DNA of 46,183 nucleotides, filler included, from Jimgerdemannia flammicorona (Eukaryota): NCBI GenBank assembly GCA_003990765.1. It is 2 parts of 2 records of this genome, joined end to end, with 100 filler letters (N's around TTAATTAATTAA, not from the genome) between each part and the next. Parts side by side here need not be neighbours in the genome. Positions count along the whole stretch, not along the records: positions 23,147 to 46,183 come from RBNJ01001167.1; 1 more part is not named here. One strand, 5' to 3'. Shown piece by piece: positions 35,310 to 46,183 of this stretch (position 1 is its first letter; each line of letters starts with the position of its first letter). The notes under the pieces were generated by a model. It saw only the letters and a program-made list of their open reading frames with translations, ran no database searches and was not told where the DNA came from. The position numbers and the translations under genes were made by a program.

Positions 35310-38300
35310 CTTAGCTTTTGTTTATACTAGGGGGTGCCCATAGAATGTGGATTGAGATGCCATGACAGAAAGGATTAGTTTTAAAAGAGGGAAGAGTAAG
35401 AATGATGTAGGAGGGGAGAGTGAGGGAAGAGTGGAAGGATATATAACTCTGGGATATATGCATAGTGGGATCAAAGGGGTGGTCCCAAGTAATTTCCCAA
35501 GACCAGAGGAAACTGAAGTAAGTGAGTGTGATAGCAGCTACAAACATGAGGTCAGAGGTATTACTATTCAGTTAGAGGTGTGAGAGTAGGCATCAGAGGC
35601 AGTTAGATATAAAAGAAAGTCAGAGTTATGTGGGTCAAGTGCCCAGCTATTGTTTGATACTACAAAGGACCCTGGGCAGTTGTTGAAGCCCCACTAGCAG
35701 GTCAGGTAGGCTGGAGTCAATGTGAAGAGAATGAATAGCAGAGAGGTACTTCTTGATAGTAGTCAGTACAAGGCAATGAATGACCAGTGAGCAGATTCAG
35801 CACATCAATACTAGCCCAGATATGGGGAGGGTAAGATGGTTGGTTGGGGTGTAAAGGGTGTAGAATTGGAGGAAGCTCTGCTGGCTGGATGAATACAATT
35901 GGTATGTTGAACTTGCTAGTCTGAACTGAAGAAAGAAGACCATAAGGGGTGGAAGGCAGGAGTGTCAGTAGAGTCTATCAGTATGGGGAGTAACTGTGCA
36001 GAGAGAGCAAGAGAGTAGAAATGGGCCATTTGGTACATAAGAGAGTATCAGTGATGTTATTGTCTTGAGATGAGACATACATCATATGGAAATGGAAGGT
36101 GTATTGAGCTATCAGTAGAGAGACATGTTATAGCTGTTCGAGAAGAGTAGAGTTAGTGGTGGTACCAGAGTTAATGATGTGATAGATGGCCTGGTTATCA
36201 GTGTGGAGTAAGATGCAGTGGAAAGTCCAATGCAGGCTCTACATGGCAGCAGCCAGAATGACTGTATATAATTCTTTAAATTGAATATTGAGGTGTTGCA
36301 TTGTGGAGGATCAGAGGGAGGTAAATCATTTATCTTTGAAGTAGGCACTCAGACCTATATCACTGCTAGCATCTGTCTATACATAAGCATCCAGAGTGGC
36401 TATCCAGTCCACAGAGTGGAAAACTGAAATACCATTCCAGTATGATAGAAACATGAGCCACCATTGGATATCAGCCTGGAATTCATCATCAAGCAGGATG
36501 GCAGAATAGTTGCTTGTCAAGTAGTTGATAAAACATCACAGAAATAGATGACCCAGCAGGATAATTTTGCAGGCAAAGCTCAATGACCCAATGAGAGATT
36601 GAAGTTATAGTTAAGAGCAAAAGCATTGGGGGGGTCAGCAGTGGAGCTCATCTAAGATACCAGTGAGTTTCCCAGCTGGGAGTTGGGCCTCCATGGTATC
36701 TATATCTAATTCAATACCTAGGAAGATGATATACATTGATGGGCCAATGATTTTCTGTGGCTGCATTGACTATCCAAGATGGTGGCAGAGTTGAAGGAAC
36801 TGGGAGAGGTTGAAAGAGACAAGGGAAAGATCACCAGGTGGTGAAGTAAGAATAAAATCATCTATATAATAGAGGAGATGATGGAGGCCTTGGTGGTGGG
36901 CAATCTATATGAGTAGTTTAGCAAAGATGTTGAATAGGAATGGAGATAAGCTAGCACTGAATGAGAGATAGTGGTTGAAATAATACTAACCCAGCCATTC
37001 GAATCCAAGTAATTCCCAGTCAGAGGGGTAGATATGTATGTGACAGAATACATCAGTGAGGTCAACTTTAGATAGTAGGCAGCTCCAGCCAAAGTGCTGA
37101 ATAAGGTCTAATTCATTGTTGAAGTATATGTAAGATATGTGAAATGTATCCATATCAATACTAGCATTGACAGAGGGGCACTGTTGAGATCAAGAGAGGT
37201 CATGGATGTATCACCATTTGGATGATGAATTCTTCTTGGTGACTGTACCCAGAAGTGAGGAGTGAAATAAGAGAAATGGCAGAGTTGAGAACAGGCCACA
37301 TATACAACCTGTTACTACCTTCCAAGCAATGTCTATAGAGACTGCTTCAGCATAAGTGACTGCAGATTGATGATTAAAGCTGATATGATGACATTGGGTA
37401 CCATCAAAGCCCATGAGAATGCCTTGAGAGATGACATTGACAGCAGCATGGGTGAGATCCTGGTCTGGGTATGTGGTGAGAGCTCATGATCAGGCAGATG
37501 GCTGAAGGACAGTGGTGAGTGAAGAGAAGTGAGCCTAGATTTCAGAGAAAGCAGTATTAAGGGGCTTAGAGAGGGGGTGATGGATAAAGGTGTTTGGAGT
37601 AAGTTGGAGAGAGGTATTGCTGATGGGTATCACATAGTCAGGGGTGAGTTCCTTGGGTTGTTTTGAAGGATTGTCAGAGCAGTCCATCTAGGGGTAGTCA
37701 AGGCCACATTTTAAGCATATATGTGCATAGATACACTTATGCCAGTGGTAGTCAGGATCTCACATTGGGGTGCTATTGAAGAGGGATCCATTGTAGTTGT
37801 GGCATACTGGCAGGATTTTAGAGGGACTGGGGCTGTGATTAGTGCGAGTTGAGTGAGAGATCTGATACAAGTGAGATAATACTTTGAAAAATAAAGCTAC
37901 AGTAGAAACAGATACTAGCAGCTTCTGATGAAGACTCAGGGACATGAATAAATCAGGGCCACATTTAGCCCAACAGCAGTACCATTCAGTTGAAATGCCA
38001 TTATAGGTAACTTTGGTGATGTATTTATTATAGAAGGCAATATGGTAGTCAAGGAGGGCATGTCAGAGTGATATTTTTGCAAGAGAGACAAAGTTGATGA
38101 TATAAGAGAGAAATGATGTGGGTTCAGTCAGACCCAGGTGGGCATTGTGGATGATGCTGAAGTAGGTGAGTAAACTGAAGATAAAGATAGGAATGTTGGA
38201 GAGGTCCTTGGATAGAGACATAGCTTTCTTGGTGATAATACATGTGCCCGAATCATCCAGAGATTTAATAAATTGGTGGTCCTGCATTGGAACTCCCAAT

Positions 38301-38984
38301 GTCAAGTAGCATTCCAGCAGCTGATAAGTGCTGTTGCTGGGAATGAGTTATCAATCACTATGGTCAGCAGATACTGATTGATATGGCTGTATTTTAAGGA
38401 GAGATTGATGCCCCACACAACTGTGGCCAGTAAAGGAAGAGATAGAAACTTACCAGCCAATACATCAGGATCTAGTGAGATGAGCAGAGGAGGGGCAGCT
38501 GACAGTGCAGTAGAGAATGAGGCAGCAGTATAGTTGAGGGAGACTCTGCTATTAGTAGAAGGAGGTTGTACCAAATAATTGATTGAGAGGTAGAATTGTA
38601 GTTATAGTAGATTAGGTTGAAGAGGTCATCAAGGCAGTGGTCTTGTTTGACAAAACAGTTCATAATGTTATTCAGGACAGGGGAGGATATACATAGGACT
38701 AGGCTGTTTGGATGCTGTGTGGGTAGAAATATATATTAAGTAGCATGTGGTAGAACCACTCACAGTATTCTCCTTGATGGTTTGGGATTGAATATCTGTG
38801 AGATAGGATGCTACAAAGACTGTGTCAATAGTATCTTCTGTGGAACCATTATGGAGGAAGTGTAGAACTCACTTGATAAAAGAGGGATCAATGTGATGTA
38901 GGTATGCCAGAGAGCTGACTTCATATTGACTGTGTGAAGAGGGGTTGAATCAGTACAGAATGCAGGTATTAATGACTTAAGGCA

Positions 38985-38990
<6 letters not shown>
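35310..38990 (-). mobile_element. DIRS-order (Ngaro-like) tyrosine-recombinase retrotransposon relic: gag, RT, RNase H, YR truncated
   Basis: Minus strand: gag Cys/His finger CHNYN..KCIYAHICLKCG; RT YIDDF (about 36855-36870) and IFLGIELD; RNase H TDAS, IQFKEL, LHTDNQA, DNNITD; YR FFLQFRLASST, TIKKYLSAI, TLTYFSFLWSWEIT (from FGFLRSGE), SFKTNPF (from SKTDPF). No methyltransferase-like segment recognised between RH and YR. Confidence 0.82.
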
Positions 38991-39016
<26 letters not shown>

Positions 39017-39020
<4 letters not shown>

Positions 39021-40630
39021 AGCATGGGCAAGGTCCTGGTCTGGGTATATAGTGAGAGCTCATGACCAGATTGATGGCTGAAGAACAGTGGTGAGTAGAG
39101 GTAAGCAAGTCTGAATTTCAGAGGAAGCAGTGTTGAGGGGCTTGGAGAGGGGGCAATGGAGAAAGGTGTTTGGAGCCAGTTGGAGAGGGGTATTGCTGGT
39201 GGATATCATGTGGTCAATGGCAAGTTCCTAGGGTTATTTCAAGGGATTGTTGGGGCAGTCTATCCAGGAGTGGTCAAGGCCACATTTCAAGCATACATGT
39301 GCATAGATGTATTTATACTGACAGTAGCCAGGATCTCACATTGGGGTGCTGTCAAAGAGGGATCCATTGTAGTTGTGGAATACTGGCAGGATTTTGGAGA
39401 GACTGGGGCTGTAATTAGTGTGAGTTGAGTGAGAGATCTGGTGCAAGTAAGATGATGCTTTGGAAAATAAATCTATATTAGAAACAGGTACCAGCAGCTT
39501 CTGATGAAGACTCAGAGACATGAATAAATTGGAGTCACATTTAGCCCAATGGTGGCACCATTCAGTCAAAATACCATCATGGGTGACTTCAGTGATGTGT
39601 TTATTATGGAAGGCTATATGGTAGTTAAGGAGGGTATACCAGAGCAACATTTTTGCAAGAGAGACAAAGTTGATAGTATAAGAGAGGAATGATGTGGGTT
39701 CAGTCAGACCTGGGTGGGCATCATTGATCATGCTAAAGTAGGTGAGTAAACTGGAGATAAAGGTGGGAATGTCAGAGAGGTCCTTGGATAGAGATGTAGC
39801 TTTCTTGGTGATAATGTGTGTGCCCAAATCGTCCAGAGATTCAACAAATTGGTGGTTCTGTATCAGAAGTCCCAATTTCAGGTGGCATTCTAGTAGCTGA
39901 CCAAGTGCCATCACTGGGAATGAGTTATCGATCCCCATGACCAGCAGATGCTGGTTGACATGGCTGTATTTCAAGGAGAGATTGATGCTTCACACAACTG
40001 TGGCTAGTAAAGGAAGAGATAGAAACTCACCAGCCAATACATCAGGATCTGGTGGAATGAGTGGGGGAGGGGTGGCTGACAGTGTGGTAGAGAATGAGGT
40101 GGCAGTATGGTTGAGGGAGACTCTACTGTTAATAGAAGGAGGTTGTGTCGAATTAATCAGTTGAGGAGTGGAATTGTGGTTGGAGCAGATTAGGTTGAAG
40201 AAGTTATCAAGGCAGCAGTCTTGTTTGGCAAAACAGTCCATAATGTCATCTAGGACAGGGGAGGGTATAGGGTCAGGCCATTTGGACACCACATGGGTGG
40301 AAATAAACATTGAGCAATGTGTGGCAGAACTGCTTGCAGTGTTCTCCTCAATGGTTTGGGATTGAACATCTGTAAGGTAGAACACTACAAAGACTGCATC
40401 AACAGCATCTTCTGTGGAACCATCATGGAGAAAGTGTAGAACTCACTCAATAAAGGGGGGTTGATGTGATGTGGGCATGCCAGAGAGCTGACTTCATGTT
40501 GACTATGTGAAGAGGAACAGGATGCAGGTGTGTACGACTTGAGGCATGTAAAAAAAGGAGATGAGCAGTAGAGTGAACAAGTGGTAAAGCAGATAATTGA
40601 GTTATTCCACTGAGTGTCCAATGTGTAAGC
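39017..40630 (-). mobile_element. Second, partial copy of the same DIRS/Ngaro-like element (gag region)
   Basis: 39017-40557 is colinear with 37441-38990. The two are separated by an A-run at 38988-39016. Confidence 0.85.
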
Positions 40631-40639
40631 AGTGTATAT

Positions 40640-41714
40640 CTATCTTAGGTACTAGCTAGTATATATGAATTGCATAGAGATGCAAAATGTCTTTGGTACT
40701 AAATGTCTAGAACTGACATATGTATACAATGTAAGACCTCTCCACCCACTTCTAACCTGCGACTGCAAGTCACTAATTGATGTATATATATCCATTGACT
40801 CATAATCTCGATTGACATTACCTATAGGACTAACTTCTTGCCAATAGGAAATATTTTTGGTAGATATAAAGTTCTCATTCTCAGACATATTGTTGGGCTT
40901 CCTTAATTTCAAAGAAGTCTCCATCAGGGTACTCATGGGCTTGCATTCACTCATATGTATTGAAGTATTTGAGAATGGCTTTGATATATGTTTCTTATGA
41001 GAGATATATAGCATGTACATTTTTATTATATATAATCAATATCTCCAAAAGGTAGGATATGTCACTTATGTCAGTCATTTTGAATTCTCAGCATAGAGTT
41101 TCCTTTACTCCATTAAGTCTGTTCTTGCTGATATTGATAATGATATCATCTATCCATATATATGTCAATGAATACTATGCTGTCATTATAATATTTAATA
41201 TATATATATATAATTATCTACTTCACAACATATGAACTCATTGTTAAGGAGATGTTTATCAATCTTTTTGTTTTATAACCATACTGCTTGTTTGATACTA
41301 TATGATCCTTAGTGTAATTTGCATATGAGCTTACTGTTTGGCCTGTCATATAGTTTATATCCTTGCAGTTAATGGATATATAGTTCAGTATCTATCTTAC
41401 TATTTAGGAATGCTGTCTTTATATCTATATGATAGATTTCTAGGTCATAAATCATACTAATTGCAAGGAGTATTCAAAGAAAAGTAAGCTTAAATACTGG
41501 TCAAAATGTCTTATCATAGTCTATACCATAATTTTGTAAATAACTCTTGGTAATGAAACAAGCTTAATATCACTCTACATTATCATTGGTATTGTACTTT
41601 ATCCTATATACCCACTTAGATCTGATTGCTTGATGGTTTGGTAGAAGAGGTACTAGATCCTATGTATTATTCTCAATAAGTGAATTGTATTTCTCATCTA
41701 TTGTGTATTCCCAT

Positions 41715-41748
<34 letters not shown>

Positions 41749-44700
41749 AAACTCAAAGTCTCACAGATTTTAATTGGAAGGGAACTAAGACTATATAGGC
41801 CAAAACCCTCCCCCACCACCCATCAAGCACTGCTCCTACATTAATCTAGGCTAACTATTGTCCAGCAGCTCAACCATACTAGATACAGCAGAGCTTATAT
41901 TGGCCTGTACCTTATTCTGCACACCATACTCTCCCTACTATCAGGGGAAACTCGGCTATATACTAATGACTGAAAGCATATGCCCAAATTCCCAATATAT
42001 ATACAAGGCTATGCCTAAGTCTAATAGAATAGCCTCTGCCACCTGAAAGAGGATAACAGATAAAGAAAAACTCTCATCAAAGTATATCACAGTAGATAGG
42101 GCCTGGTTCTCCAGATGAGATAAGTAGAGGACTTACATGTGAGACAGGAGGACACTCCCAATACCCCACTACTCAAGCCTATGTGCCTTGATCACATTGC
42201 TATATCAGCTCTTAGTTCTAGTTAAGTATAGCCAAGATGCCTAAAATGGTTAGCCTCAGGCCCCCTGATCCCCCCCAACAACCAGGGCCCAATCTGCTGA
42301 AATGCCAAAAGATATCAAGAGTGATACCTACTACCTAACTGCTTCACATCAATCAAAAGGCCCCACTGAAGCAGTACTTGCCCCAGCCCTAATAACTGCC
42401 CCCAGCCTAGAACCCTATTAATTTACTGTAATTACCCCTCCTCTTATCTGTAATAGCCATCTCACCTCCCATCCTGACAACACCCAAAAAACAGCCACTT
42501 ATACCAGAACTATACTCACTGGGAAGCTCACCAAAGCCAGAGAGCCCCACTACAGATACTAAGAACCTATAGATAACCTATACTGGGCACTTGATACCCA
42601 AGGTGAGCCAACTCCCTATATAACCTATGATATACTGAGACAATAACTTATTGGTGATAGCAAAAGGAAGAAGGCACTGTACTGAAACAGATATATATAC
42701 TCCAGATATAGCTGAAGGTACTAGAAACTATGAAAAAGTAGAGAAGACACTAATTGGATATTGATAAAAGGGCAACTCATCACCATTGCCTCTCTCCCAC
42801 TGTCCTGCAATAGATATAGCAAACCAATCCAAGGTAGAGGAGATAGTAATTGTGGAAAGTAGACTCAGAAGATTGCCTACCAAATTATTATACATAACTG
42901 ATAAGATAGTAAAAAAAGGCATATTTCTATTTCTTATTATTGGGGCATTACATAGTCTCATTTTATATGCTTGGCTTACTAGAAGATATTGTGATATATA
43001 TATATTTATATACTTTGGTATAGCTTATATGGTCATGATATTCCTGCTATCTAGAACTCACTAGTATATTTCAAAACTTCCTAATTCTGAACATATCTCT
43101 TGGTATATGTTTGACTACTTTTGTATTTGTTTATCCTTCATAAAAGATCCTTAATCATTGAAGGATTCACCATCATCTTTATCTTTGATCTCAGTGATCC
43201 TTGGCTCAGGCAACTCTAGCTCAGACATGTATAGCAAGTAGAAATAGTTTTGATTAACCACTAGACAGGTGGATATTAGCAGTACTGGTTGTTGTACTGG
43301 CTGGAACATAGATGTAGAGGTCTCCACAGGTCTTTCCATATAGGTCTTCTTATTATTTCCTTTTTTATTGAATTATATATTATGCAAAATCATTATATAT
43401 TTCATATATAGATTCCAAAGCCTATATAATTTCTTACTATATCTAAGGAATATGTATTTGACTGTCTTTGGCTTGAATTTATACTAGGTAGCATTACTTT
43501 TGTCAAGGACTTATACATCATATCGGAATATACATATGTAGATGGGATACTTTGATATGGATTCACTCTATAATTCTTCACGAGTAAAATTATCATTCTT
43601 ATGCTTATTGTTATTACCAGCTTCCTTGCTTAGCAATCAAGACATCTGTTGTAGATATATACCACTGTGGTAATGACTTCAGCCTAATAGAAATATCCTA
43701 ATTCAGTAGTATTAATCATTGCTATAGTCATATAGTTAAATTACTCAGCTATACTATTCTGCTGAGGTGTATAAAGAGCTCTCAATTGATAGCTTATACC
43801 ATGTTTCATCAAGAATTCTCTGAATGTATTATTGACATATTTACATCTATTATCTGAGCATATAGCTTATATTTTATATCCTGTCTCATTCTCAGTAATT
43901 GCTTTGAATTCTTTGAATTTCTCCAAGACTTTGCACTTTACTGATAAAAAATATATATATATCTTATATATATAATTGTCAATAAACATCAGAAAATATC
44001 TCTTGCTGGAATATGATGGAGTATTCATCAGACTGCATATATCTATATATATTAGATCAAGGATCTCTAAGATATACTTCAATTATTCTTCAAATACTTG
44101 CCAGAAAGCTTTGTTTTTCATACATATCTTGCAAAAGCTATTCTCTGGATGTATATATGCCAGTAAACCTTTCACCAAGCTACTTCTTATCATATATTTG
44201 AGGCTTGTCTTGCCAATATATCCTAAGTATTAATGATATATATTAGATATATCAGGTATAATTATTGCATAAGTAAAAGCTTTCACACCATTCAGTGTCT
44301 CCTTGATTATATAAACATTTCTGTATTTCAAAACTGTTATTAGCTCATTATTATGTGAATCATATATAGTGAAACTCTTTGCATGTATGTGTATTTCTTT
44401 GTTGCTATAAGATATTATTTTTTCTATAAAGAAGAGGTTCTTTCCTATCTCTGAAGTATATAGCACATCTCAAAGAGTAGTAGTGGGCTTGATGATATTT
44501 CTGTAGAGATACATATATTCTTACATTTCTCTTTCTTTAAGTTTAGATGATATTGTTATCTCTTAACTTGATAGGTATAGGGTATTTAAAGAGCTTATAT
44601 ATAGAGAATCATTCTCTGTCTTATGTCATATATTACATGGCTTCAGAATCTATTAATCAGACATCATTGTCATCAGCTGTATTTGCAGATTCACTACTGG

Positions 44701-46088
44701 TACTAGCAGAATTAGCAGTGAATTTAGTGAGACTTTTTGGTCTAAAATCATTATCCTTCTGACTAGGTTTTATAGATATGGTAGATCTTATACTGGCAAA
44801 ACTAGTATTGCTGATAGAATTGATAGTAGAGCTAGCAGCTTGCCCAAAAAATAGATTATTACTTTCATCAGTTTCAGTAATATTTGTATTATCATACTTC
44901 CCTTAATAGCTCCTACATCTATATTACTAATGCTGGCTTTTTCTATATTATTGCTTATTTTTACTACTCTTCTTATCATTTTTCCAATTATCATAATGGT
45001 ACTTTCTATATCCATACTTGCTATAGTACTCATTGTAACCATTATACTTAGTTGATTAGCTAGACTGATTATTATTATATTGTTGAGCTTAGGTTTGGGT
45101 TTGCTGATCTTATTGATCACACTTTTGATCCTATTTGCCATCACATCTGTGAGACTCATAGAAAGTATTCTTGTTATCACCAATACTGTTTCCTTAGTAT
45201 ATTTTCTCATTTATGAGGCTTGTTATCAGATGGATATAGTCTAAGAGCCTACTGCTCTCATACATAGCTATGTTAATAATATTATACATATCTCAAAGTC
45301 CTTTTGTTAGTACTATAATCTTATTTTTATTATCAATACAATCTGTAGACATACTGAGGGAATTTACTTGATTTACCAGATCATTAACATAACTGGTTTT
45401 TTTTATAAATACTCTCCTTTGACTTCATTTGAAGATTGAATAGCTGAGATTTCAAATAGAATTGATTTAATATAGATGCTTAAACATAATACTTGCATAG
45501 GACTTCTCACACCTCATGAGCTATTATAGTATATGTTATGATCTTTATTTCTAAGTTTGATAATATGAATATAATCTCACATAATGCTCAATGATCATTT
45601 GCAGAGTTGTAATTTTGAATTAGTACTTATGGCTTTATATACTCTACCAAGCTACATTTATCAAGAAGATTTACTATATAAAATACCCAAATAGTATAGT
45701 CTTTCCAATCAAAGATTGAGATGGACCTTTTGGCTATATTTATACTAACAACTGAGACTATATTTTCTATATCTGTTGAGGTTATATCTGTGAGAGAAAC
45801 ACTCATAATTGGCATATCTATTTCTACACTCATATTGCTAGGCTGAATATTAGACATTTCTTGTATAGTGTATTTTAAAGAGCTGTATTTGCTATAGCAA
45901 CTTAGTACTAGTTGGACTCATAACCTTTGTTGTGAAAGAGGTAATTTTATTGAAGTTGCATAGATTGCATATTTCTCTATATTACTGAAGAATGATATAA
46001 ATCTGATAGAATATTATAAGGCTATATACTAGTATATCAAGTTACTATTCTAATACAAATATATCATATTGTGGTTTTGAATATAATA
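40640..46088 (-). mobile_element. Ty1/Copia relic (5' LTR, PBS, gag, PR, IN, RT), interrupted by a LINE
   Basis: Minus strand: copia-type PBS GGTTATGAGTCC (45914-45925) after a short LTR (45928 to about 46088); gag from ATG 45857; PR *LIDSEAM (about 44640-44662); rve LDLIYIDICS..RYFLMFIDNY; LYTPQQNSIAE; RT EIYHIDIKTAFLN and IWIDDII. Confidence 0.87.
41720..42918 (-). mobile_element. 5'-truncated LINE (family B) with poly(A) tail and 17-bp target-site duplication
   Basis: Poly-T at about 41718-41744. TSD GTGTATTCCCATTTCTT (41703-41719) versus GCATATTTCTATTTCTT (42919-42935). Homologous to 20131-21119. Confidence 0.82.
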
Positions 46089-46127
46089 TATTTTTGCCTT
46101 CAATTATCTTAACATTTTTGAATATAT

Positions 46128-46132
<5 letters not shown>

Positions 46133-46183
<51 letters not shown>
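46133..46183. repeat. Poly-T run at the window end (LINE tail or contig end)
   Basis: About 50 consecutive T. Confidence 0.8.

Noticed and set aside
44788..45210. Ile/Ser/Asn-rich ORF as a membrane or viral protein
   Set aside because: Composition is explained by G-to-A/C-to-T decay within the copia gag region.

Overview
Eukaryotic, most likely fungal, genomic DNA. Short GT-AG introns with CTAAY branch sites are seen directly; an early-diverging lineage is only my inference. A CpG-retaining gene island (about 3.87-17.13 kb) sits between blocks of nested, CpG-depleted, transition-mutated transposon relics. The island holds two notable loci. (1) An apparently intact 10-exon minus-strand gene (5497-9045, 933 aa when spliced by hand) with the architecture TM / double-Cache-like extracellular sensor / TM / HAMP / TPR / vWA (MIDAS), i.e. 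a bacterial-style membrane receptor with an unusual output. (2) Divergently oriented, a frameshifted and truncated NLR-like pseudogene with a CHAT (caspase-like) protease followed by two tandem STAND NTPase modules. The rest is L1/Tx1-like LINE fragments, a structurally complete but decayed dUTPase-bearing Ty3/Gypsy element whose LTRs carry an unexplained ORF, two further Gypsy-type fragments, two Ty1/Copia relics, a DIRS/Ngaro-type tyrosine-recombinase retroelement, a probable DNA transposon end, and an artificial assembly linker. All domain calls are by-eye motif recognition, not database searches.
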